A DNA stretch of 64,000 bases from an uncultured Acidobacteriota bacterium (lineage in GTDB: Bacteria > Acidobacteriota > Vicinamibacteria > Vicinamibacterales > Fen-181): the NCBI GenBank assembly GCA_963741715.1, contig CAVUJA010000002.1:369764-433763 (forward strand). Reading direction: 5' to 3'. The notes under the pieces are model-generated. The model saw only the letters and a program-made list of their open reading frames with translations, was not told where the DNA came from and made no database searches. Positions 17,722 to 26,509 of the stretch are shown here, piece by piece. Each line of letters opens with the position of its first letter. The stretch's first letter is position 1. The translations under genes were made by a program, and so were the position numbers.

Positions 17722-19310
17722 CGGCGCGTCTCTTCCGCGATCCCGTTCCAGACGGCGTCGGTCTGCCCTTCGTCGGGACGCAGTTCGATGACGGCGGCCC
17801 GGCCGACCGGCCCTTCCGGCAGCCCCTGGTGGTACTCGGCGCCCCACATCGCCGCCCACGCCTCGAAGCCCGTCGCGTGCCGGTTCTGGAACCGCTCGTT
17901 GCGAAACATCCGTTTGAAGATCCGGCCGCCGCCGTTGTTGATCACCACCACCCGCAGGCTGAGGCCCTCCAGGAAACGGAGCGCCCACAGCGCCGACAGG
18001 TCGTACAACGCCGTGAGGTCGCCGACAACCGCCCAGTTCTCGACGCCCGGCCTCGCCCACCCGAGGAAGCTGGCCACCTGGCCGTCGATGCCGTTGGCGC
18101 CCCGATTCTCGCCGAACCCGAAGGCGCGGTCGGCCAGCGTGGCGAACTGATTCCACTCCCTGATCGGCAGGCTGTTGCCGAGGTAGACGAATGCGCCGGC
18201 GGGGATGGCCTCGGACAGCTGCCGGACGAGTGCAGGTTCGCTCGCCGGGTTCGCGGCGAGCAGGCGGTCGGTCGCCGCGTGAATCCGGCTGTCCCACTCG
18301 AGCAGCGCCCCGAACCGCTGTCGAGCCCGGCCGACGCCCTGCTCCGGCACCAACGGCTCTCCTGGCGGCACCTGCACGTGCACGCCGCGCGTCAGCCCCC
18401 GCCACGGCTTGCGCGAAACGGAGAGCACCGGCTGCGGCAGCGACAGGTCGAGGTCGCGCCAGACGCGAAACGAGGGCACGTCGCCGATCCGAACCACCGC
18501 GTCGAAGAGCCGCCGCTCGAACCCCCGCCGAATCGCGGCGTCGCCCGACCGCAACAGCAGCGGGCCCAGCTGGGACCGAATGCCGGAGCTGGCCTCGGCC
18601 GCCACGGGCGCGCCGAGCGCCTGACAGAAACGGAGCGCAGCCCGGCTGTCGGCGTCGTCCTGCAGTCCCCCGGCAATCACGAGGGGGCTCGTCGCCCCTC
18701 GCAGGAATGCCTCCGCCTCGGCGCGGCCATTCCCGGGCGAACGACCGGCGCCTTCGCCAACCCGCGGGCCCACCCCCTGCACGTCTCCCTCGAATGCCGG
18801 GCCGTCGTCCACCTGCCAGCCCGCGAGCAGCGGCTCCGAGAAGCACACGTTGATGTGCGCCGGCCCCGACAGTCGCGGCAGGTCGCCCGGCGCGCACGGA
18901 TGTTCCAGGTCGATCGACAGCTCGGCATAGACGCCGTACAGGTCCACCTGTTCGATGGCCTGGGGCGACCCCGACCGCCGATAAGCGCGGGGCCGGTCGG
19001 CGGTGACGGCGATGACTGGCACCGCCGAGTAGTGCGCCTCGACCATGACCGGCAACAGCTCGGCCGCCGCCGTCCCAGAGGTCGTCACCACGGCCACCGG
19101 CGCGCCGTCGCGACGCGCCCGGCCGAATGCGAAGAAGCCGGCGCTGCGCTCGTCGAAGAACGAGAGCACCTCGGCGGCCTCGCCGGCGATCGGTTCGAGG
19201 GCTTCCACGAGCGGCGCGTTTCGCCCGCCCGGGCAGATGCAGAACGTCCGGACGCCGGCCCTGCGCAGCCGCGCAACCACCGCCGACGCGAGCGCCTGGT
19301 TCGGGCTCAC
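17718..19310 (-). CDS. menD: SEPHCHC synthase (ThDP-dependent)
   Basis: The GTG at 19310 forms a GTGA overlap with the menF stop. Motifs include CPGGRNAPL, VTTSGTAAAELLP and GANGIDG...VINNGGGRIF. Confidence 0.88.
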   Translation of the reverse strand: MSPNQALASAVVARLRRAGVRTFCICPGGRNAPLVEALEPIAGEAAEVLSFFDERSAGFFAFGRARRDGAPVAVVTTSGTAAAELLPVMVEAHYSAVPVIAVTADRPRAYRRSGSPQAIEQVDLYGVYAELSIDLEHPCAPGDLPRLSGPAHINVCFSEPLLAGWQVDDGPAFEGDVQGVGPRVGEGAGRSPGNGRAEAEAFLRGATSPLVIAGGLQDDADSRAALRFCQALGAPVAAEASSGIRSQLGPLLLRSGDAAIRRGFERRLFDAVVRIGDVPSFRVWRDLDLSLPQPVLSVSRKPWRGLTRGVHVQVPPGEPLVPEQGVGRARQRFGALLEWDSRIHAATDRLLAANPASEPALVRQLSEAIPAGAFVYLGNSLPIREWNQFATLADRAFGFGENRGANGIDGQVASFLGWARPGVENWAVVGDLTALYDLSALWALRFLEGLSLRVVVINNGGGRIFKRMFRNERFQNRHATGFEAWAAMWGAEYHQGLPEGPVGRAAVIELRPDEGQTDAVWNGIAEETRR

Positions 19311-20377
19311 ACCCCCCACAACGCCCTCACGGCCTGCATCTTGTCGAGCACTTCCTGCCACTCGTCGTCGTACACGCTCTCTGCCACGACGCCGCAGCCC
19401 GCCCAGATCTCCAGCTGGCCGTCGCGGTACTGCAGGTTCCGAATCGCAACCACCGCGCGCCCCGACCCGGTCGGCCAGCGGAGCCCGAAGGGCGCGCCGA
19501 ACCGCCTGCGCGCGCCGCCCGGATCGAGAGAGGTCAGCCAGGCCGCGCCTTCGTCGCTTCGCGGATACACGCCCAACGCGGGCGTGGGATGCAGGCGGCG
19601 TGCGACCGTCTCGAAATCGAGCCACTGGCTGGCATGCACCGTGATATCCACCGCGAGATGCTCCAACTGCCCGAACGATCGCGCCTCACGGCCCGACGCG
19701 GCCGGATCGCCCCAGACCGCCAACTGCTCCATCAGGTCGTCCACCACGCTCTGATGCTCGGACCGGTTCTTTGCGCTCGACTCGAGCGCGCCCGCTCCCG
19801 GGCACCCTCCCACCCGGCGCGTGCCCGCCACTGCCATCGTGGACAGGCGCCTGCCGTCCTGCAGGTCGAACAACAGCTCGGGGGTGGCGCCGATCAGGAA
19901 CTCCGCCGAGCCGACGCCGCCCACCGGCGCGGGCCTGAAGAACCCGTAAGCGCAAAGGCCTGGAGGAAGTGTCGGGATTCGGCTGAGCGCGTGCGCAAAC
20001 AGCGGCCACGCGTCTGGCGGAGAAAGCGGCGCCTTCATGACCGTGATTGGGACGCCTTTCGTCAGGCTCCCCTCGGACAGCCGGACCGACAGCGACCGAA
20101 ACCCCCGGCTGAACCGTTCCTCGTCCGCGCCCGACCACTGGAGCGATGGCCGCCGCGGCCATTCGGCCCCGTACTGGCGAGAGAAGGCGTCGAGTGGAAC
20201 GCTCCTGACCGCGTCGGTCGGCACGTGGAACCACCACGGCCGGTCGAGCGCCATGGAGAAGTCGGGCGCAAAGAACGCCGGGGATCCGGGCGCCGGGGAC
20301 ACGACGGGTTCGAGTGGCGCGACGACCGACGTCAGGACGTCGGCGCCTGTCTGGAGGAAGGCGAGCGCGGTTCGCAT
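19307..20377 (-). CDS. menF: isochorismate synthase (chorismate-binding enzyme, short form)
   Basis: The C-terminus is chorismate-binding (HPTPALGVYP, FGAPFG, RNLQY...AGCGVVAESVYDDEWQE). It is the first gene of the men operon. Confidence 0.85.
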   Translation of the reverse strand: MRTALAFLQTGADVLTSVVAPLEPVVSPAPGSPAFFAPDFSMALDRPWWFHVPTDAVRSVPLDAFSRQYGAEWPRRPSLQWSGADEERFSRGFRSLSVRLSEGSLTKGVPITVMKAPLSPPDAWPLFAHALSRIPTLPPGLCAYGFFRPAPVGGVGSAEFLIGATPELLFDLQDGRRLSTMAVAGTRRVGGCPGAGALESSAKNRSEHQSVVDDLMEQLAVWGDPAASGREARSFGQLEHLAVDITVHASQWLDFETVARRLHPTPALGVYPRSDEGAAWLTSLDPGGARRRFGAPFGLRWPTGSGRAVVAIRNLQYRDGQLEIWAGCGVVAESVYDDEWQEVLDKMQAVRALWGV

Positions 20378-20388
20378 CGATCCTGTCG

Positions 20389-20394
20389 ATTATA
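20389..20394 (-). promoter_or_regulatory. consensus TATAAT -10 box 12-17 nt upstream of the menF ATG (near-leaderless transcript)
   Basis: The minus strand reads ...GCAGTCCACGTATAATCGACAGGATCGATG. There is no convincing -35 box and no SD. Confidence 0.35.
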
Positions 20395-20889
20395 CGTGGA
20401 CTGCCAGCGAGGCGGGCCTCAGACCGCGCACGTCTGGCGACGCCGCCCTCTCGCTGGCCGGAAACGCTGTTGGCTCGCGCGGATCGCGGGGCTCCCCAGC
20501 ATGCACGACCCGGCGCCGGTCACCGAACCGGGTCGAACCAAGCCGCGCACTCGCCCCGCCCGCGCGCCGCGTCGAGGGCAGGTCAAAGCGGCTGCCGGCC
20601 GCCGAGCGCGCGGTCGCTGGGGAAACCATACCCAGCCCGACAGTGTGAGCGTGGCATTCGAACGTCCGAAAACGAGACACGAGATGCGTGAGGCTTTGGA
20701 CTGGACGGGCCAACAGAACGGCACAGCTTGTGCTTAGCTCCTTGGGCAGATGGCCGAAACCGCGTGGCTGGACCGGTGCGGCACAAGTTTACACGGTGTT
20801 TTCACGCGGCGCCGCCCGTAGCGGCGATGATGGAAGGGTCGGAACATTCTCCGGCCCGACGGCGTCCTGACACATAGAGGGGACAACCC

Positions 20890-21087
20890 ATGAAGAAGCC
20901 CAATCCAAAGGCCGTTCGGCTAACGGAACTCAAGGCCATGCTGGGGTCCTACCGCCTGATGACGATCGAGGAAGTGGAATCGACCGGGTGGGGCGACCTG
21001 GAGGTCGAAATCGAAGGCGAGGTCTGGCGCCTGGAGCAGGAACTGCTCGACGAGCAGCGTGGCCCGCTGCATACCCAGGCCGCGTGA
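20890..21087 (+). CDS. small acidic hypothetical protein (65 aa)
   Basis: It has a good SD (GAGGGG, 7 nt upstream) and non-shadow amino-acid composition (K, E, I, W). It lies 53 nt upstream of the M48 protease gene. I recognised no family. Confidence 0.45.
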   Translation: MKKPNPKAVRLTELKAMLGSYRLMTIEEVESTGWGDLEVEIEGEVWRLEQELLDEQRGPLHTQAA

Positions 21088-21140
21088 CGCCGGCGCGTCC
21101 CTTGCACAACTCCCGGCAGGCCCGACCAGGAGCTGTGGAG

Positions 21141-22589
21141 ATGACTAGCGTCGCCCGGAACCGGGTCGCCGCGTGGACGGCCGCCCTCGCCGTGGTCGTT
21201 GCGTCCGCCGCCCTGGTCGCCGCGCAAACGCGGGTCGTCGCCCCGAAGAACAAGTACACCCCCCAGCAAGACGTCGAACTCGGAGCGAAGGCGGCAGCCC
21301 AGGTCCGCAGCGAGATGCCGCTCGTCAGAAACGCAGAGGTCCAATCCTTCGTGGAACGCGTCGGCCAGAAACTCGCTGCCGCGGTCCCGAGCGAGTTCCA
21401 GCATCCCGAGTTCCGCTACACCTTTCAGGTCGTCGACGCCAGCGACATCAACGCCTTCGCCCTGCCGGGCGGCCCGATGTTCGTGAACCGCGGCATGATC
21501 GCGGCGGCGCGCGACGAGGGCCAGGTGGCGGGAGTCATGGCGCACGAACTGAGCCATGTCGTCCTCCGCCACGGCACCGCTCAGGCCAGCAAGGCCCAGC
21601 CGTTCGAAATCGGCGCGGTCGCCGGCGCCATCATCGGTGCGGTGGTGGGCGGGCCCGCCGGGAGCGTCATCTCGCAGGGCACGCAGTTCGGGCTCGGCGC
21701 GGCCTTCCTGCGTTACAGCCGGGAATACGAGCGGCAGGCCGACATCCTCGGCTCGCACATCATGGCGGCGGCCGGCTACGACCCGCGCGACATGGCGGCG
21801 ATGTTCGAGACCATCGAGAAGCAGGGCGGGTCTCGAGGCCCGCAGTGGCTCAGTTCACACCCCAATCCCGGCAACCGGTCGCAGTACATCCTGGCCGAGG
21901 CGAAGAGCCTCGCTGTCCCGAGCCCGGTCAGGGACACCGGCGCGCTGGAATCGGTGCAGGCCGATTTGCGCCGCATGCCGCCCGCGCCGACGACCGAGCA
22001 GATCATGAAGAACGCCCAGCAGCAGGGCGCCGTCGCGGGACGCAACGGGCCGGCCGAAGATGCAGCGAGCACCAGCGGACGCCTGTCGGCGAACGTGCCG
22101 CCGCCCTCGTCCCGCTACCGCACGTACGACGACGAACGCAGCGGCCTCCGCGTGAGCGTCCCAGAGAACTGGCGGCAGATGTCGTCCGGATCGGGCGGCA
22201 CCGTCCGGTTCGCGCCGGATGGGGCGTTCTCGACAGCCGGCGGCCGGGAGGTGTTCACGCACGGCATGGAGCTCGGGTTGGCGCAGTCACGGTCGGCCGA
22301 CTTGCGCGAGGCGACCGACCAGCTGGTCCGGTCGCTGGCGCAGGCCAACCCGCAGCTCCGGGTCGAGAGCCAGGCGGTGCCGGTGCCGTTCGCCGGCCGC
22401 GAGGGGCTGCAGCTGCGCCTCTCGAACGTGTCCGATGCGACCGGCGCGCCCGAAGCGGTGCTGCTGACCGCCGCCCTCCTCGACGACGGCAGCCTGGCGT
22501 ATTCGATTGGGGTGGCGCCCGCCAGTCGGGTCGGCGAGTACAGCGAGACCTTCCTGCGCGTCAATCGGTCGGTCGTCGTCCGAAGGTGA
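21141..22589 (+). CDS. M48 family zinc metalloprotease (BepA/YcaL-like), secreted
   Basis: The ATG at 21141 follows GGAG. It has a signal peptide and the motifs HELSHVVLRH and EYERQAD. Confidence 0.85.
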   Translation: MTSVARNRVAAWTAALAVVVASAALVAAQTRVVAPKNKYTPQQDVELGAKAAAQVRSEMPLVRNAEVQSFVERVGQKLAAAVPSEFQHPEFRYTFQVVDASDINAFALPGGPMFVNRGMIAAARDEGQVAGVMAHELSHVVLRHGTAQASKAQPFEIGAVAGAIIGAVVGGPAGSVISQGTQFGLGAAFLRYSREYERQADILGSHIMAAAGYDPRDMAAMFETIEKQGGSRGPQWLSSHPNPGNRSQYILAEAKSLAVPSPVRDTGALESVQADLRRMPPAPTTEQIMKNAQQQGAVAGRNGPAEDAASTSGRLSANVPPPSSRYRTYDDERSGLRVSVPENWRQMSSGSGGTVRFAPDGAFSTAGGREVFTHGMELGLAQSRSADLREATDQLVRSLAQANPQLRVESQAVPVPFAGREGLQLRLSNVSDATGAPEAVLLTAALLDDGSLAYSIGVAPASRVGEYSETFLRVNRSVVVRR

Positions 22590-22613
22590 CGCGAGGATGA
22601 GTACAATGAGCCG

Positions 22614-23804
22614 ATGCGACAGGCGCGACGCATCGGCAACGTGCAGGCTCCGATCATCCCGATCATCGGGGACCTGATTCGTCGGAACCCGGGGACGATC
22701 TCGCTCGGCCAGGGCCTCGTCTCGTACGGCCCGCCGCCCGAGGCGCTCGCCGTCCTCCGATCCTTCCCTCGAACGCCGGACGATCACCGCTACGGGCCCG
22801 TGGAGGGTTCACCGGAGCTGGTCGAGGCGCTCCGTCAGAAGCTCGCCGCCGAGAACGGCATCCAGGTCGGCCCCGATCGTCGCATCGTCGTCACCGCCGG
22901 CGGCAACATGGCGTTCGTCAACGCCGTCCTCGCCGTCACCGATCCCGGCGACGAAGTGATCCTGGTGGCGCCCTTCTACTTCAACCACGACATGGCGATC
23001 GTGATGGCGGGCTGCCGGACCGTCGCGGTGCCGACCGACGAGAGCTACCAGCTCCGAGTCGATGCCATGCGGTCGGCGATCACGCCGCGGACGCGTGCGG
23101 TGGTCACGATCTCCCCGAACAACCCGAGCGGCGCGGTGTACCCCGAGGCGGCGCTCCGCGAGGTGAACCGGCTGTGCGCCGAACGCGGGATCTACCACGT
23201 CCACGACGAGGCGTACCAGTACTTCACCTACGAGGGCACGCCGCATTTCTCGCCGGGGACGATCGAGGGCGGCACGCCGCACACGATTTCGCTGTTCTCG
23301 CTCTCGAAGACCTACGGGATGGCGGGCTGGCGGATTGGCTACATGGTGATCCCGGACGACCTGTTCGATCCGATCAACAAGATCCAGGACACCAACCTCA
23401 TCTGCCCGCCAATTGTCTCGCAGGCCGTCGCGCACGCCGCGCTTCGACTGGGTTCCAGCTACTGTCGCGAGCGGGTGCGTGAACTGGCCGGCGTCAGGCA
23501 GCTGGTGCTCGAGGCGTTCGCCACGGTTTCGGATATCTGCACCGTCCCCAGGCCGGATGGCGCGTTCTACTGCCTGGTGCGCGTGCACACGGAGATGGAT
23601 CCGCTCACCCTGGTCGAACGCCTGGTCACCGAGCACCGCGTGGCCGCCGTGCCCGGCACGGCGTTCGGGCTGTCGGCGGGGTGTTACCTTCGGGTGTCTT
23701 ACGGGGCGCTGGAGCGGGACACCGTGGCCGAGGGAATGGAGCGGCTCGTCAACGGCCTTCGCCTCGTCGTGTCGCGGCGTGTCGAGCGAGGGTCGAACCC
23801 CTAG
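22614..23804 (+). CDS. pyridoxal-phosphate-dependent aminotransferase, class I/II
   Basis: Motifs present are SPNNPSG and SLSKTYGMAGWRIGY (PLP lysine). It is 396 aa. The stop TAG lies inside the IS target duplication. Confidence 0.9.
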   Translation: MRQARRIGNVQAPIIPIIGDLIRRNPGTISLGQGLVSYGPPPEALAVLRSFPRTPDDHRYGPVEGSPELVEALRQKLAAENGIQVGPDRRIVVTAGGNMAFVNAVLAVTDPGDEVILVAPFYFNHDMAIVMAGCRTVAVPTDESYQLRVDAMRSAITPRTRAVVTISPNNPSGAVYPEAALREVNRLCAERGIYHVHDEAYQYFTYEGTPHFSPGTIEGGTPHTISLFSLSKTYGMAGWRIGYMVIPDDLFDPINKIQDTNLICPPIVSQAVAHAALRLGSSYCRERVRELAGVRQLVLEAFATVSDICTVPRPDGAFYCLVRVHTEMDPLTLVERLVTEHRVAAVPGTAFGLSAGCYLRVSYGALERDTVAEGMERLVNGLRLVVSRRVERGSNP

Positions 23805-25679
23805 CCCGACTTTCGCACAGTTGACGTGCGGGCCATCAATTCGCCCGCGTGGATGTTGCGCGCACGGCCTTGACCGGGCTAGATGAAAGAAGTCCGGGCA
23901 TCCAGCGTTCGAGGTCGAAGGCTTGCGCCGCCGTGCGTTGTTCCGTCGACAGATCAGGCGCGAGCAGGACCGTCGGTCGACGTCCACGATCGTTCGTCTG
24001 GACCCGCACCAGCGTGGCCCGGACGTCGCCCAGCGTCCGCATCATCTGCCGCGGCGAGATGCGCGCGCCGAGGGCCAGCCGGGCGAGGCTGACCAAGGCG
24101 AGGCCGATCACCGTGGCAAACGTGTGCAGGCGGAGCGACGGATCGGCCCATTGGTGCGATGGCCCCCACGGCACCAGGCCCCCCTTCTTGGCGCGGCGGA
24201 AGAGTTCTTCGACGTTCCACTGGCCGCGAAACGCGTAGACGATCCGCCCGGTGCTCCAGGTGTGGCAATCCGTGCACAGCACCCGGCGGCCGAGGCGCGT
24301 GCGTTCCAGCGTGCGTCGCCGCGCCGCATCCACGCGCCACGTGAGGACGGGGCGGTCGCCCGCCTCGGTGACCGTCACCGTGACAAAGTCCTTGAGGTGC
24401 TCCCGGGCCAGCGCGTGCGCCGCCCGGTCCGCGACCACGGCGGCCGTGAGCCGGCCGCGCGCCGCCTGCTGGGCCAGTTTCTCCAGGTCCACCTTGGCCT
24501 GGCGCAACGCGGCCGCGATGCCGCGTTTCTGCCCGCGGAGCAGTTCCTCACTCTCGACCACCACCAAGGTGCGGTCCAACGCGCCGACGCGGGTGCGCAG
24601 GCGCGCGGCCCGCACCGCGCCCAATTTCCCGCCCACCGCGGCCATCGCCCGCGGGTGCGCCGCGTGCGCCAGCGCCTCCTGCGCGGCCCGATGGGCCAAG
24701 GGCAGCGAGATCACCGTATGGTAGCCGGCCGCCTCCAGGTCCAATTCGAGCTGTTCGCTCCACGAGCCCCCATCCCGGACCAGCGTCCGACTCGCCGTCG
24801 GCGACCGCTCGTCCGAATCGTCGAGGCTCGCATGCAGATCGCCGAGGGCGTCCAGGCACTCCGCCAGGACCGTCTGGTCGGCGCCGTTGCCCGGGTACAC
24901 ACGATGCAGCAACGGGACATGCCCCGTTTCACTCACCAGCACCGCCAAGCCGACCACGCGCAGATCGCGCCGCTTGCTCTTCGCATGCCCGCGCTGGGCC
25001 AAGGTCCCCACGGTGGTCGTGGCGATATGCGTGTCGAAGTTCGTCGTGTCGAAGGCGAGCACGTCGGTCGCCAGGTCGAACCGCCGAATCGCCGCCCGCG
25101 CCACCGCGAGTTGCGCGGTCTCCAGCACGGCGTCCGTCACCCGCCCGGCCAACCGATGGAACGCCTGGCCACTAAAGGCCTCGCTCGGGAGACACGACAC
25201 GCGCGGCACACACCCCTCCAGGAAGCCGCTCAAGTGGCACTTGCCGCCCGGCGCACAGGCCCGCTGGATCGCCACCGCCAGGACCAGTTCCCCGACCGTC
25301 GGTCCCTCGCTCGGCCGCGGCAAGCCGCAGGCCGTATCGAGAATCTTGACGAGATCGAGTTGGTCCGCCACCCAGAGCAACGCGCCCACATCCCCCACCC
25401 GCTTCGTCCCGACCGTGCGCGTGCGGGCCAGGTCCACGACCGGCGGCCGGTCCGCAGGGCCGAGCACCGCTTGCCTCGCGAACGGACGCTGACGGCTGGC
25501 GTCCCACAGCGACTGGGCCGCGATCCGATACCGATGACCGCCGACCTCCCGTTCGAAGATGTTCATTCTTTCATCTAGCCACAGTCGCGTGGCCGAGTCA
25601 AGAAGAACCGCGTGTTTGCGCGCCTCACACGACGCGGGCGACGACCGTCAACACGCTACACCTGCGAAAGTCGGGCTAG
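23801..25679 (-). mobile_element. IS1634-like (IS4 superfamily) insertion sequence with 13-bp perfect terminal IRs and a CTAG target-site duplication
   Basis: CTAG+CCCGACTTTCGCA (23801-23817) is the reverse complement of TGCGAAAGTCGGG+CTAG (25663-25679). A single transposase ORF lies inside. Confidence 0.8.
23836..25566 (-). CDS. IS1634-family DDE transposase
   Basis: It is a 576-aa ORF. The N-terminus (GGHRYRIAAQSLWDASRQRPFARQAVLG) and DDE-region motifs (AFDTTNFDTH, PGNGADQT, RGQWNVEELFRRAKK) resemble IS1634/IS4-type transposases. Confidence 0.88.
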   Translation of the reverse strand: MNIFEREVGGHRYRIAAQSLWDASRQRPFARQAVLGPADRPPVVDLARTRTVGTKRVGDVGALLWVADQLDLVKILDTACGLPRPSEGPTVGELVLAVAIQRACAPGGKCHLSGFLEGCVPRVSCLPSEAFSGQAFHRLAGRVTDAVLETAQLAVARAAIRRFDLATDVLAFDTTNFDTHIATTTVGTLAQRGHAKSKRRDLRVVGLAVLVSETGHVPLLHRVYPGNGADQTVLAECLDALGDLHASLDDSDERSPTASRTLVRDGGSWSEQLELDLEAAGYHTVISLPLAHRAAQEALAHAAHPRAMAAVGGKLGAVRAARLRTRVGALDRTLVVVESEELLRGQKRGIAAALRQAKVDLEKLAQQAARGRLTAAVVADRAAHALAREHLKDFVTVTVTEAGDRPVLTWRVDAARRRTLERTRLGRRVLCTDCHTWSTGRIVYAFRGQWNVEELFRRAKKGGLVPWGPSHQWADPSLRLHTFATVIGLALVSLARLALGARISPRQMMRTLGDVRATLVRVQTNDRGRRPTVLLAPDLSTEQRTAAQAFDLERWMPGLLSSSPVKAVRATSTRAN

Positions 25680-26458
25680 AAGTTCAGCACCAGCCCCGCG
25701 CCCGCGGTGAACGTGTTCGCGTGCGACCCGTCGAAGCTGAAGCCGCCGTTGCGGAAGTAGTAGCGCGCGTCGAACCGCAGCCCGACCGCTCGCAGGGCCC
25801 CGGACGGCCGCGTGTGGAAGTAGTACCTTGCCCCGCCGCCCGCATGATAGACCTGCCCGCTCTCCGCGGTGACGTAGCCGGCCGTGGCCCCCGTCTGCCC
25901 GTGAAGCTCGCGAAGGTAGCCGGCGCCGAACTCGACGAACGGCCGCAGCTTGCCGCCGGCTGCGCCGCCCGGTATCGGAGAAACCACCAACGAGGCGTCC
26001 ACGAAGAACTGCGAGATGGTCTCGCCCGTGGCGGTGAACCCGGCCGCCCCTTCCGCGTCGTTCGCGATGCTGAAGGTGACGTCGGGCCGGCTGTAGGTCA
26101 GTCCCCCTTCGACGGCGAACATCCGCGTCAGATGATAGCCTGCCCTGCCCTCGACGCCGACCGCGCTCGCCAGGTTCCCGCTCGCGCTGAACAGCCTGTA
26201 GGGCGAACCGCTGGCATTGTTCGAGATCAAGTTGGCGTCGCTCGATCCGAGCGACGACGAGCCCAGCCAGAGGACGGAGAACGACAGGTCGAACGCGCCG
26301 GCGCGCCCCGGGTCGCGCCTCGAGGCCGCAGCGGTCCTGGATGTGCCTGCCTGTTGTGCGGAGGCCGTGGCGGCGAGGCCCGGCCCGGCCTGGGCGTGCG
26401 CCTGCCCGCTCCAGGCAAACCAGACACCAATCACGATCCAGGCGGTCCTGTTCCTCAC
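25676..26458 (-). CDS. outer-membrane beta-barrel protein
   Basis: It has a signal peptide (AWSGQAHAQ), alternating beta-strand pattern and a C-terminal aromatic residue (...GAGLVLNF). Confidence 0.7.
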   Translation of the reverse strand: MRNRTAWIVIGVWFAWSGQAHAQAGPGLAATASAQQAGTSRTAAASRRDPGRAGAFDLSFSVLWLGSSSLGSSDANLISNNASGSPYRLFSASGNLASAVGVEGRAGYHLTRMFAVEGGLTYSRPDVTFSIANDAEGAAGFTATGETISQFFVDASLVVSPIPGGAAGGKLRPFVEFGAGYLRELHGQTGATAGYVTAESGQVYHAGGGARYYFHTRPSGALRAVGLRFDARYYFRNGGFSFDGSHANTFTAGAGLVLNF

Positions 26459-26509
26459 GGCGCCTCCTCGGCCCGAGAGACGGGCCCGACCCTCCCGTCC
26501 GCCGCCACG

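Noticed and set aside
19307-19310. Recurrent 4-nt start/stop overlaps (GTGA, ATGA, TTGA). They occur at menF/menD, menD/menH, menA/menE, ACP/FAAL, GT39/GT4, hyp/lpxD, rpoZ/small ORF, hsp20/ymdB, xseB/ispA and pheS/pheT.
   Set aside because: This is ordinary translational coupling, common in high-GC genomes. I used it as supporting evidence for start choices rather than reporting it as a finding.
20713-20719. ACAGAAC in the long spacer recalls the 3' P4 strand of RNase P RNA (ACAGAACCCGGCTTA).
   Set aside because: The obligatory GGAAAGTCCGGGC 5' P4 segment and the other conserved blocks are absent on both strands.
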